Shown piece after piece: positions 13,394 through 31,480 of a stretch of DNA of 64,000 bases (position 1 is the stretch's first letter; each line of letters opens with the position of its first letter). The stretch lies in assembly GCF_009914755.1 (NCBI RefSeq), contig NC_060938.1; one strand, written 5' to 3'. Under the pieces are notes generated by a model, which saw nothing but the letters and a program-made list of their open reading frames with translations, searched no databases and was not told the origin of the DNA. This DNA comes from the human T2T-CHM13v2.0 reference genome, Homo sapiens. The position numbers were made by a program, and so were the translations under genes.

Positions 13394-15791
13394 AAAGGGC
13401 ATCCAAATTGAAAAGGAAGAAGTCAAATTAATTATCTTTGTTTGCAGATGATATGATCATCTATTTGAAAAAAACCTAAAGACTCCATCAAAAAACTGCT
13501 AGAACTGATAAACTCAGTAAAGTTGCAGGATACAAAATCAACATACAAAACTCAGTAGCATTTCTATATGTCAACAGCAAACAAACTGGAAAATAAATCA
13601 AGAAGGTAATCCAATTTACAATAGCTAAAGATAAAAATTAAATACTTAGGAATTAACCAAAAAAGTGAAAGATCTCTACATTGAAAACTATATAAGATTG
13701 ATGCAAGGAATTAAAGAGAAACCATTAAAAAATGGAAAGATATTCTATGTTAATAGACTAGAAGAATCAATATTGTTAAAATGTCCATACTACCCAAAGC
13801 AATCTACAGATTCAATGCAATACCAATGACATTCTTCACTGAAATAGAAAAAAAATCCTAAAATTAATATTGAATTACAAAAGACCCATAATATTCAAAG
13901 CTATCCTGAGCAAAAAGAACAAAACTGGAGGAACCACATCACCTGACTTCAAATTATACTACACAGCTATAGTAACCAAAACAGCATAGAACTGGCATAG
14001 AAACAGAAACATAGACCAATGAAACAGAATACAAAACCCAGAAGCACATCCATACAATCACAGCAAACTCATTCTAGACCAAGTTGCAAAGAACTTGTAT
14101 TGGGAAAAGGAACATCTCTTAAATGGTGCTGGGAAAACTGGATATTCATATGCAGAAGTATGAAACTAGATCCCTATCTCTTAACATATACAAAAATCAA
14201 ATCACATAGATTAAAGACTTAAATCTAAGACCTCACACTATGAAACTATTACAAAGAAACACTGGGGACCAAACTCCCCAGGACATTGGAGTAAGCAAAG
14301 ATTTCTTGAGTAATAATCCAAAAAGCACAGGCAGCCAAAGCAGAAACGGACAAATGGGATCACATCAAGTTAAAAAGCTTGCACACAGCAAAGTTAGCAA
14401 TCATCAAAATGAAGAGACGACCCAGAAAATGACAGAAAATTTTGCAAACTATCAACCTGACAAGGGATTAATAACCATTATACAGAGAGCTGTCAAGATG
14501 GCTGAATAAGAACAGCTCCAGTCAGCAACTCCCAGAAAGGCCAACACAGAAGGTGGGAGAGTTCTTCATTTCCAACTGAGGTATCAAGTTCATCTCATTG
14601 GGACTGGCTAGACAGTGGGTGCAGCCCACAGTGGATGAGCAGAAGTAGGGTGGGGCATTGCCTCACCGGGGAAGTGCAAGGGACTGGCGAACTCCCTCCC
14701 CTAGCCAAGGGAAGCCGTGAGGGACTGTGCTGTGAGGGACTGTGCTATCCGGCCCAGACACTATGCTTTTCCCATGGTTTTTGCAGCCCACAGACCAGGA
14801 GATTCTCTTGTGTGCCTTCACCACCAGGGCCCTGGGTTTCAAGCACAAAACTGGGCAGCTGTTTGGGCAGACACCGAGCTAGCTGCTGGAGTTTTTCTTT
14901 TGTAGCCCAGTGGTGCCTGGAACCCCAGCGAGACAGAACTGTTCACTCCCTTAAAAGGGGGCTGAAGCCAGGGAGCCAAGTGGTCTCACTCAGCGGGTCC
15001 CACTCCCACAAAGCCCAGCAAGCTAAGAACCACTGGCTTGAAATTCTTGCTGCCAGCATAGCAGTCTGAAGTCGAACTTGGTGGTGGGAGGGGCATCGCC
15101 ATTACTGAGGCTAGAGTAGGCAGTTTTCCCCTCATAGTGTTAACCTTGACTGTGAGTAACACCACAGCAAGGCAAAGTACCTGGGGCCAGACTGCCTCTC
15201 TAGATTCCTCCTCACTGGGCAGGACATCTCTGAAAGAAAGGCAGCAGCCCCAGTCAGGGGCTTATAGATAAAACTCCCATCTCCCTGAGACACAGCACCT
15301 GGGGAAAGGGGTGGCTGTGGGCACAGCTTCAGCAGACTTAAACGTTCCTGCCTGCTGGCTCTGAAGAGAGCAGCATATCTCCTAGAAAAGCACTCGAGCT
15401 CTGCTAAGGGACAGACTGCCTCCTCAAGTGGATGCCTGACCCCCGTGCCCTCTGACTGGGAGTCACCTCTCAGCAGGGGTCAACAGACACCTCATACAGG
15501 AGAGCTCCGGCTGGCATCAGGTGGGTATCCCTCTGGAACGAAGTTTCCAGAGGAAGAAGCAGGCAACAATATTTGCTGTTCTGCAGCCTCCGCTGGTGAT
15601 ACCCAGGCAAATAGGGTCTAGAGTGGACCTCCAGCAAACTCCAGCAGACCTGCAGAAGAGGGGTCTGACTGTGAGAAGGAAAACTAACAAACAGAAAGCA
15701 GTAACATCAACATAACAAAAAGGATGCCCACAGAAAAGCCCCATCCAAAGGCCATCAGCATCAAAGATCAAAGGTAGATAAATCCATGAAG

Positions 15792-16816
15792 ATGAGGAAA
15801 AACCAGTGCAAAAATACTGAAAATTCCAAAAACCAGAATGACTCTTGTCCTCCAAATGATCGCAACTCCTCTCCAGCAACGGCACCAAATTGGACAGAGA
15901 ATGTGTTTGACAAATTGACGGAAGTAGGCTTCAGAAGGTGGGTAACAACAAATTCCTCTAAGCTAAAGGAGAATGTTCTAACCCAATGCAAGGAAGCTAA
16001 GAACCTTGATAAAAGGTTATAGGAACTGCTTACTAGAATAACCAGTTTAGAGAAGAACATAAATGACCTGGTGGAGCTGAAGAACACAGCATGAGAACTT
16101 CGCGAAGCATAGACAACTATCAATAGCCAAATCAATCAAGCGGAAGAAAGGATATCAGAGATTGAAGATCAACTAAATAAAATAAAGCATGAAGACAAGA
16201 TTAGAGAAAAAAGAGTGAAAAGGAACAAACAAAGCCTCCAAGGAATATGGGACTATGTGAAAAGACCAAACCTATGTTTCATTGGTGTACCTGAAAGTGA
16301 TGGGGAGAATGAAACCAAGTTGGGAAACACTCTTCAGGATATTATCCAGGAGAACTTCCCCAACCTAGCAAGACAGGCCAACATTCAGATTCAGAAAATA
16401 CAGAGAACACCACTAAGATACTCCTCGAGAAGAGCAACCCCAAGACACAAAATTGTCAGATTCTCCAAGGTTGAAATGAAGGAAAAAATGTTAAGAGCAG
16501 CCAGAGAGAAAGGTCAAGTTACCTGCAAAGGGAAGCCCATCAGACTACAGCAGATCTCTCAGCAGAAACCCTACAAGCCAAAAGAGAGTGGGGGCCAATA
16601 TTCAACATTCTTAAAGAAAAGAATTTTCAATCCAGAATTTCATATCCAGCCAAATTAAGCTTCATAACTGAAGGAGAAATAAAATCCTTTACAAACAAGC
16701 AAATGCTGAGGGATTTTGTCACCAACAGGTCTGCCTTGCAAGAGCTCCTGAAGGAAGCACTAAATATGGAAAGGAAAAACCAGTACCAGCCACTGCAAAA
16801 ACATACCAAATTGTAA
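15792..16816 (+). pseudogene. L1 ORF1p, disrupted
   Basis: MRKNQCKNTENSKNQ...IWDYVKRPNL...IIQENFPNLARQ; in-frame stops (e.g. 16020-16022) and a frameshift. Confidence 0.9.
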
Positions 16817-16879
16817 AGACCATTGACAATAGGAAGAAACCGCATTAACTAACGGGCAAAATAACCAGCTAGCATCATA

Positions 16880-20700
<3,821 letters not shown>

Positions 20701-23700
20701 ACAATGAGAACACATGGACACAGAGAGGAGAACATCACACACTGGGGCCTGTTGCAGGGTGAGGGGCAAGCAGAGGGAGAGCATTAGGACAAATACCTAA
20801 TGCATGCGGGGCTTAAAACCTAGATGATGGGTTGATGGGTGCAGCAAACCACCATGGTGCATGTATACCTATGTAACAAACCTGCATGTTCTGCACATGT
20901 ATCACAGATCTTAAAGTTTAATTAAAAATAAAAATAAAAACAAAATAACCATTATTCATAAGGAGCTCAAACAACTCTATAGGAAAAGATCTAATAATCT
21001 TATTTTTAAATCGGCAAAAGAAACAGGCATTTCTCAGAAGGAGACACACAAACGGCAAACAGGTATACAAAAAGGTGCTCAAGATCAATGAGCATCAGAG
21101 AAATGCAAATCAAAACTACAATGAGACATCACCTCACCCCAGTTAAAATAGCTTTTATCCAAAAGACAGGCAATAAGTAACAAATGTTGGCAAGGGTGTG
21201 GAAAAAAGAGAACTCTCCCACACTGTTGATGGGAATGTAAATTAGTGTAAGCACTATTTTGAGAACAGTATGGAGGATCCTCAAAAAACTAAAAACAGAG
21301 CTACCACATGATCCAGCAATCCCACTGCTAGGTATATACCCAAAACAAAGGAAGTCAGCATATTAAAAATATATCTGCACACCCACATTTATTGCAGCAC
21401 TATCCACAATAGCCAAGATTTGGAAACAATCTAAGTGTCCATTGACAGAAGAATAAATAAAGAAAATGTGGTGTTTATACACAATGGAGTACTATTCAGC
21501 CAAAAAAAAGATGAGGTCCTGTGATTTGCAAAAACATGAATAGAACTTGAGGCCATTATGTTAAGTGAAATAAGCCAGGCACAGAAAGAAAAACAATACA
21601 TGTAGGAGCTAAAAATTAAGACAGTCAAATTCACAGAGAGTACAAGGATTGATTACCAAAGGCTGAGAAGGATAGTTGGAAGGGTGAGGAGGAGATGGAA
21701 TGGTTACTAGGTGCAAAAAAAAAAAAAAAAATAGCTGGAAAGAATAAATAAAACCAAGTATTTGACAGCACTACCATAGTCAATATGAATTTAATTGTAC
21801 ATTTTAAAATAACTAAAAGAGTATAATTGAATTGTTTGTAACAAAGAATAAATGCTTGAGGTGATAGATACTCCCATTTACCCTGATGTGATTATTATAT
21901 ATTGCATGCCTGAATAAAAATATTTCACGAAATATGTATATTTCATGTTTTAAAAATTAAAAAACAGCTGAAGAATAAATTTAACAAAGGTAAAAATCCT
22001 GTACACAGAAAACTATAAGACACTGATGAAAGAAATTGAAGACAAAATAATGAAAAAATAAATGAAAAGATATTCCATCCTCATGAATCAGAAGAATTAA
22101 TATTCTTAAATTATCCATACTACCCAAAGCAAAATATAGGTTTGACATAATCCATATCAAAATCCTAATGGCATTCCTCACAGGAAAAAAAAAAAATCCT
22201 AAAATTTGTATGGAAACATAAAGACCCTAAAACAATTCCAAGAATGAAAAACAAAGTTGGAGGAATTATACTTCCTGATTTAAAATTATATAACAAAGCT
22301 ATAGTAATCAAAACAGTGTGGTACTGGCATAAAAACAGACACATACACCAATAGAACAGAACAGAAAACCTAGAAACAAACCCAAACAGATATGGTCAAC
22401 TAATTTTTGACAGGGGCACCAATAGGATACAATGAGGAAAGAAGAGTCTCTTCAATAAATGGTGCTAAGAAAACTGGAATTTCACACACAAAAGAATCTG
22501 AACCTTATACCATACATAAAGATAAGTTCAAAATGGATAAAAGACCTAAATGTAAGACCAGGAACTATAAAATTCCTATAAGAGAACATAGTGGAAAATC
22601 TCCTGGACACTGACGTTGGCAATGATTTTTGCGTATCAAACCAAAAGCTCAGGCCACAAAAGCAAAAATAAATAAATGGCACTACTTCAAACTAAAAAGG
22701 CTCTATACAGCAAAAGATATAATCAACAAAATGAAATAGCAGCCTACAAATTGAGAAAAATATTGGCAAACAATATATCTGATGAGGTTAATACCCAAAA
22801 TTTACAAAGAACTCATACAACTCAATAGTAGAAAAACAATCCAATTTTTTTAAACAGGCAAAGAATCTAAATAGACATTTCTCCATAGAAGACAAAAATC
22901 ACCAACAGCTATATCAAAAGGTATTTAACATAATTAATCATCAGGGAAATGCAAATCAAAACCACTATGAGATACCACATCACAGCTGCAAAGGTGGCTA
23001 TTATTTTAAAAAGTCAAAAAATAACAAATGTTGACAAGAGTATACAGAAAGAGTAATTAAAAATAGAACTACCATATGACCCAGTGATCCCTCTGCTGAG
23101 CATATACCCAAAGGAAATAAAATCACCACCTTGTAAAGATTCTGCATTCCTATGTTCATTGCATCATTACTCACAATAGCCAAGATATGGAAACAACCTA
23201 AGTGTCTGTTGATAGACAAATGAATAAAGAAACTGTGGTACATATATACAATGAAATATTACTCAGCCTTAAAAAAGAATGAGATCTTTTCATTTACCAC
23301 AACATGGCTAGGTCTGGAGGACATTATGCTAAGTGAAATAAGCCAGACACAGAAAGAAAAATATTGCATGATCTCACTAATTAAATATGGAATCTACAAA
23401 AAGAAATCAAATATACAGAGAGAGAGAACAAAACAGTGGTTACCAGGGACAGAGAGGGTAGAGGGGATGAAATGGGAAGATGCAGGTCAGAGGATACAAA
23501 GTAGCTGATATGTAGGATGAACAAGTCTAGAGATCTAAAGTATAACATGAGAACTACAGATAATAAAACTGTACTATATATGGGATTCATGCTAAGTAAG
23601 TACATTTTAGCTGTTCTTGCCACAAACCAAAACAAAAAAAAAAAAATGGGTAACTGTGAAATGACAGATATGTTAATTTACTTCAATGTAATAATCTTTA

Positions 23701-23884
23701 TACTATCTACATATATCCCATAACATCATGTTGCACAGCTTAAATGCACAAAATAAAATTTACAAAACAAAAAAAGTATAGTTACATTTAAACTTGAGTT
23801 TTAGGGGCAAGGAAAGGGCAAATCAGGGCAGGGTGGGTAAGAAATTTTGGGGGTGATGGTTGTGTCCTTATCTTGGAGTTACTC

Positions 23885-24340
23885 TATCCCTATCACAACT
23901 AAATATAAAGCAACAGTAATCAAGACAGTGGAATACTGGCATTTGGATAGACAAATAAACTAGGGGATTAAAGAGTCCAGAAACAGATGTTTGTGTATAT
24001 GAACATTTGATTTATGACAAAGATACGACTGTAAAGTAGTGGGGAAAGAGTAGTCCTTTTAATAAATGGAAGTTAATCAATTAAACATTCACATGAAATG
24101 TATTCCTCCTAATTCATACCACAAATACCAATTTCAAGTAAATATCACATCTAAATGTGAAAGGTAGAACCATAAGCTTCTAAATGATTACATAAGAGAA
24201 CATCTTCGTGATCTAAGTATAGGGAATGACTTCTTAGGTCAAAAAAGTACTAATCACAAAAGAAAAGATGGAAAATTAAACTGGATTAAAATTCAATAGA
24301 CGGTCCCATTAAGAACATTATAAAAATGAAAAGAAACAAG
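23885..24340 (+). mobile_element. Old L1M ORF2 3' fragment
   Basis: aaagcaacagtaatcaagacagtggaatactggc...gagtccagaaacaga...catttgatttatgacaaag. Confidence 0.75.
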
Positions 24341-25844
24341 AAAAAAAGAAGACAGAACTTCAGCAGTTTCCTTTGTCAAGTAACAGGTTCCACTCTAGAA
24401 TTTATGAGAAGAGACAGCATATTACTTAGTAAGTTAAAGAGGACCTTAGAGCAACATTCTTAAATGTGTACTTCAGCTCCTGTTTAGTATGTAAATCAGG
24501 CAATAGCACAGATTTCGTACTGTGTGAACTATTGCAATTAACTAAGAAAAGCACCAATCTGTTAATCTCAGAAAAGTCCTTTTTTTGAAGTATGTGATGT
24601 TTTAGATATTTTAGACTGGTACAATGTAAATTGAAGGTGCCCTTGGTACATCCGAAAAAATCTAGAACTTTATGCAAAAAAAAAAATATATCTTGATATT
24701 CCACATTAGATACCACATTGCCACACATTAATTGGAAAGATGTTGTCTACTTCAGCAGAAGACAGGCATTGTATCTTCACCTTTCCAAGGCTCTTCACAA
24801 AAAACTTAATACCAAAAACACAAAAGAAAAGTATTTTTATGTAGCCAAGTGTTTATTCATATTTTTAAAATAAGCAAATTTCACTACAAGAGAAATTTTC
24901 AAATACCCTATTTTCAAAAAGATCAACTTAGTTGATCTTTTTATCTCCTAGCACATTCAGCCAATAAATTCAAACTCCAAAATGAACTCAACATATCTAT
25001 GTAAGGAACTGTAAACAAATTAACAACTGGAGAAAAATTATCTACTTTTACTAGGAAACTTTCAATTTGAATAAAATATATTAAGAGAAAATCTTGCTAA
25101 CTTTCCTTGAAAAAAAGGTATTATGAGAAATAAATAAATGAATAAATACACTCCTGAAGTTGACAAATTTGCAACAGTTTAGTGACCATTAACGGTTTCC
25201 TCCTAAAAAGAAAAACAATAAAAAGAAATGAACACTATATAGACTGTATTTTTTTACCTTAATTCCACCAAGGATAGTGATTTAATAAAAATAAATCACT
25301 GAACAGTGAGTGTCAACAATATGACTTTCAGATAATAAAGATTGGGAATTAGGAGTATTTTCAAGTGGAACCATATCAGACAAAAACAGACAGCAAAGAG
25401 GTCTTTGTAGCAATTGTAATTACACACATGTGAGATGACCTGAAAATGGGGAGTGCTACAAAACCACTGTGAAAGAATTCTTTACTTCTCAAATATCATT
25501 TCATAAAAACTACAGAAAAATCAGAGCCAGTAAAACTTAAATTATCTTTCAAATAGTCATCATAAACTCTAACCTAGTTAAAACAAATGTTGACTGTAAT
25601 ATGCTAATACTGTAATATAAATCCCTAAATATAAATACCAAATAAATATACCTAAATATAAATATACCAAATATAAGTACCCAAAATTCATGAACATTTT
25701 ATAAGAGCTACAAGAACACACTTTTAGACAAAATGGGACATACCACCCAAAAGGTTAAACTCTACTAAACTTCACTGTGATTATGACCAGCCTACCCATC
25801 CTCTACATGTGAAATAAAACTTTTTATTAAAAAAGAGATCTCAC

Positions 25845-25917
25845 CACTTCTTGTTTCTGGGCTTCATTAAGTTTTTCAGTCAATTCTTCCAAAGCCCTTT
25901 TTGTTTCGGCATCTGAC
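25845..25917 (-). CDS. CEP128: CEP128 coding exon 6 (73 nt, SDAETKRALEELTEKLNEAQKQEV)
   Basis: Acceptor (T)18cttcctAG|G, donor GTG|GTGAGA; phase 2-0. The six exons total 645 coding nt (215 aa) with no stop. Confidence 0.95.
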
Positions 25918-26027
25918 CTAGGAAGAAAAAAAAAAAAAAAAAAGATTTAAATTTGGATATTTAGAAAATACACAGAACGAGTGAAATGTATAACATGATA
26001 ATTATGTTATTACAAAATATTCTACTT

Positions 26028-26219
26028 TAGTGATTCTCAAATGTTATAAACATCTGAAACACGTGGAAGGCTTGTTAAAACACAGACTGCTGGATCCCGC
26101 CCCCCAGATTTCAAATCAGCAAATCTGAGATGAGGCCCAAGAATGTGCCTTTCTAAAATTCCTAAGTGATGCAGAAACAGAGGTCTGCAGGTCTGGAGAC
26201 CAAACTTTGAGAACCGCTG
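26028..26219. mobile_element. MER5A (hAT-Charlie MITE)
   Basis: Termini tagtgattctcaaa / tttgagaaccgctg; internal gcttgttaaaacacagactgctgg. Confidence 0.85.
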
Positions 26220-27499
26220 CTATGCTGGAACATCACTCTCAATAAACACACAGGTTGCAATATCTCCCATTTTAAATTAAGAAAAAAGAGAGAAAGGGAC
26301 AAAAGAAAACAAAAACTCTTGATCTTACACCCTCTTTCTAGCAATTTATAAAGAAAAGTGTGCTGTACAAACTCTATCCTCACTAACCGACCTCCCATTA
26401 CCTTGTTTCTCCTCAAATTAATAACATACATGATAAACAAACAAATCGTACAGAAAGATTTACAACGAAAAGAAAAAGCCCTTCTGTCTTGCACTGTCTT
26501 ACTTCTGGCTGCACTTCCCTCTGTGAATCATGCACAACCATTTCCATTATTAATTATTTTGCTGGTTGCCTTCATCATGTTCAACTCGAGACATTTTCGA
26601 TGGACTGTTTTGAAATATTTAGCTCATTCTCTAATTTCAGATTATGTTATTACCATTTTTAGTTCTATTGGTTACCTGTAGAGTTTTATGTAATATATTT
26701 ATACATCTTATGAATTTTATGAATTATTCCATCCTATGAAATTGATGGAATTGATGCTTTGTGCTCACATTCTGTTAGGCTCACATTTTAGCCAGCTTCA
26801 CACTTGGATCATAACTTTCCTGTGTTCTTGTTTTTTCCAAGCTTTCTCATTATCTTTTGGCTTTATATGGGCCTTACTTATCACATCATTGATATTTTCC
26901 TCCCACTTCTTACTGAATGGTCAACAAACCATCTATTTCACTCTTTTTGAAGACCTTCTTCTCAAAGGACACTTACTTTCCTGCTCTAATTTAGAGTGAA
27001 TACTTCCTGGGCCTGCTCCATGATTGTCATTCCAGGGTTACTTTCACTGAATCCCCAGGTTAATTTTACTGTTTCTTAATATCTTTATCTTTCTATTTCT
27101 TGGTTACAATCTTATTTAACTTATATATCCTTAGGTAATTTCCTCAAAAAGAAGTTACCTTAAAAAGATAAATTTTCAAAGACTTTAAACCTCTGAAAAT
27201 GTCTCTCTGTATGTATGTATAGAATGTTAAAATACATTGCTGTATATCCACACAGTGGAATAACAAAGAATAATAAAAATGAGCAAACTGCAAGAACCTG
27301 ACACAACACCCATAAATATTAGAGCCCCTTTCTTGGCTTTTGTGGTTCTATGCTATCTAGAATTTCCCCCATCTCACTAGCTATTCCATCTCAGCTCAGC
27401 TCCTTCTATCGTAAGATTCCTAAATATTATAACTCCTTGCAACTCAGTTCTGTCCTTGATATCCTCCCTATAGTTTCTCTCTTGGTATTACCCATTCCC

Positions 27500-27907
27500 A
27501 TGGTTCCAAATGACACTTCTCCATGCTGACCACTCTTAAATTTTACCTCAACAGAGACTTTTCCTTTGAGCTCCATAGTAAATATCCAGCTGAATATTTT
27601 ACTTTCCATTTGAACGTCTCACAGGCATCTTAAACATATCCAAGGCCAAACTCTCTACACCTCACCTACCCAAACCAGTCTTCCATATCTCAGGAAGTGG
27701 AATTACCATCTACCTAGTTATTCAAATTGAAAATCTTAGAGTCATCCTTATTCTCCCTCACCCACCATTACCAAATCCTGTCTCTTTGATTTCCAAAAAC
27801 AGTATCTTCAAACAAACCCCTGTCCATCTCTCTCCTGCTATAATCCTGGGTCAGGCCATCATCAACTCTCATATACTAGTGCAACAGACTTCTATCTCGC
27901 CCTCCTC
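27500..27907 (+). mobile_element. L2 fragment
   Basis: gtctcacaggcatcttaaacatatcc...gagtcatcctta...ggtcaggccatcatc. Confidence 0.65.
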
Positions 27908-27916
27908 AAATCAATT

Positions 27917-28210
27917 TTTTTTCCTTTGTGACAGGTTTCACTCTGATACCCAGGCAGGAGTGCAGTGGCTCATCTCAGCTCAATGCAGCTTCAACCTCCT
28001 GGGCTCAAGCAATCCTCCCACCTTAGCCTCCCAAGTAGCTGGGACCACAGGCATGTGCCACCACTCCAGGTTAATTGTTTTGTATTTTTAGTAGAGATGG
28101 GGTTTCACCATGTTGCCCTGACTGGTCTCAAACTCCTGAGCTCAAATGATTCACCTGCCTCGGCCTCCCAAAATGTTGGGATTATGGGCCTGAGCCACTG
28201 TGCCCGGTCC
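27917..28210 (-). mobile_element. AluJ
   Basis: ctcctgggctcaagcaatcctccca; TSD aaatcaatt. Confidence 0.93.
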
Positions 28211-29009
28211 AAATCAATTCTTCATATGGCATCCAAAGTAGGTGATTTCTGAATTAAACTTTACTTAATCCTTTCTAAAAGTTTGCTTCCCAGTGTACTT
28301 TTATTATTCAATGTATGTTTTGTAATAAATGTCAAAAGTGAAAAATCAGTAATTAAATGAGAATACCAACCTTTCAACATCAAATAGAAAGTTAAACTTT
28401 TTAACTTCCTGTCCATTATTTTTATAAACATGAAGTAAGAATCTGTAGTACAAGTAAAGCAGAACGGCATCCAGAAATTTTACACATTCACAAAGGTAAG
28501 CCACCTCATTTCCCAAGAAACCTAACTCCTATTTTGGGTAAAACAAAGTTTTCTGCCTCAAACATGCCTCTAGGTCACAAAGACTATTACCAGATCTTAC
28601 AAGCCTAGAGATCACAAAAACTATTACCAGATACTAACAGCCCAGTCCAATATTGGTTACTCAAATCACCATTTAAACTAATCAACTAAATCATCCCTGC
28701 AACTTCCCCTGAATCTTCTTACAAGACAACTATTCCCTATAACTCATGTTCCCAGTGCTTAATGTATACCCTTCCTTGAAATGGATAATGGTCATGTAAT
28801 AAAGCCATTCCTACAATACATTAAAGTGTTAATGTCATTTTGTTAATTTTATCAGCTTGTAAAAAAAAATAATAACCTAAATATTAAATTAACTAAGTCT
28901 TACCAGTTTAAAAGGTTAGCAATATAGCTCAATAATATATCTCACAATCCAGGAATTCAAATGCTTTATTCATATCAGCCACATGTGAAAATGATTTTGA
29001 ACCACCATA

Positions 29010-29230
29010 TACCGTAAGTGATAAAGAACAGAGGCTTTGGGGCCTTACTGCCTAGATTTTAATTCTGACTCCACTACAACCCTCCTGTTTGATTTCTAGA
29101 GAGCTGAGTTATTTCATCTCTCTGTGCCCATTTCCTCATCCATAAAATAGAGAAAAAAATAATGATTACCTCAAAGGGTAGTTACTAGAATTAAAGTTAA
29201 ATCACGAAATAAGGGCTCAATAATATTAGC
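29010..29230 (+). mobile_element. MIR
   Basis: MIR core agttatttcatctctctgtgcccatttcctcatccataaaatag. Confidence 0.75.
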
Positions 29231-30067
29231 TAATAGAACTAGTAATAATGGTAGAATTTTTCATTCTCATTACAGCCTATACTTGATATTCATAGATTTA
29301 ACATTTATAGTTTTGACTATCTTTGTTGCAGCAACACAGAACTGGTGTGTGGGATGATTTAGACAGCTGGAGTTAGCAAGCAAATATGGTAAACAAATTT
29401 CAATTCAGCTTTATTGTTCCTAATATTTGCTGTATATGGATTGTAATTCTTAAGAAGGCATAAAAATCTTTGTTTTTCAGCAAAACATGGCCTCCAAAAG
29501 AAAGCCACCTGCCACTGGTGATGACAAAAATGAAAAGACAGCAAAGAAGTTTTAAATTAAATAACAGCTATTGGGGACTATCCAGAATTGACAAAATTGT
29601 GAAGATGGGGCAGATGTTAACCACTGACCCTCAAAGATTTCAACTAAAAGCTAAAGTATTGGATTCTACAATGGCTTATGTCCACTGACAAACTCCATGT
29701 TACACTTCTTTTTTGGTGTGTGCAATGCCAAAAGTCAGTCAGGTAGCGAGTCGGTCTTTGTGTCTCTCTCTCCAATGTATTTGCAAATCTACCTCTTTGC
29801 AAAAGTCTCACAGTGTACCCCTCCATAATATCAGCATTCCATTGTATTAAGTTAAAGCGTTTTTAGAAAAAGGAAATTAATTTGTCTAACACTGAGTCAT
29901 GATATATTCTAAATTCAAAGGGCTGTAAACTGTTCTGTTAATAAATTTTAAGGTACTGTATACAAACACAACATTTTTTAAAAATCTAGATAAATATGTC
30001 AATTACAGAAGCTAATTTATTCTCCTCATAATTTATCCCTCCCATAAAAACCATAGGCTGCTTTTAC

Positions 30068-30159
30068 CGGCTCCTTCTGGAAAGCTCCCTGTTGAAATCA
30101 TCTCCAAGGCGAATTTGTTCACTGCTGAGGTCTCGAAGAGACTGATGAAAACCATGAAG
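30068..30159 (-). CDS. CEP128: CEP128 coding exon 5 (92 nt, LHGFHQSLRDLSSEQIRLGDDFNRELSRRS(R))
   Basis: Acceptor ttttgcctttgctAG|CTT, donor CCG|GTAAAA; phase 0-2. Confidence 0.95.
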
Positions 30160-30480
30160 CTAGCAAAGGCAAAACACAGTTATCCATTTAGAATTCTGTT
30201 GAATTCTTCCATGAAGATTCACCAAAGGTAAGAATAAGATCTTGTTCCTTGCAATAATAACCAGATTCCGTAATATTATTATGAAAGAAAACACCTACTC
30301 TGAAAGAAAAAAATTTTCCAAGAAAAACAAATTTTTAAAAGCTGTATATAACATTTATCAACACATTTTCTACAGTACAATTCTACTCCTCCAGAATTCT
30401 ACCCCTCTAGAAGGGGTCTGCTTCTTCCTTAATCAGAGCAAAAGAAAAAGAAAAAAGAGAGAGCGAGAAAGAAGGAGAAA

Positions 30481-30665
30481 ACCGGTCTGCCAATTTTTCT
30501 GTAAAGGGCCCAATAGCGACTATTCCAGGATTACAAGCTATATGGTCTCTGTCACAGTTAATCTTGCCACTGTAGTGCAAAAGTAACTGTAAACAAATAA
30601 GCATGGCTGAATTACAATAAAATTTTATTCTATCAGCCTATAATGCCTTAGTTTGCCAACTCCTG
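30481..30665 (+). mobile_element. MER58A-like hAT MITE
   Basis: ttttctgtaaagggcccaatag...atggtctctgtcaca...gtttgccaactcctg. Confidence 0.8.
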
Positions 30666-30669
30666 CTGT

Positions 30670-31480
<811 letters not shown>

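Noticed and set aside
24426-24728. 100-aa minus-strand ORF as an extra CEP128 exon
   Set aside because: No convincing splice-site pair, and no similarity to the CEP128 continuation I recall (VSDRVERR...).
28575-28645. Small tandem duplications (37-bp here; also 506-529, 14717-14746, 48365-48392, about 49181-49213)
   Set aside because: Ordinary slippage products with no sign of function.
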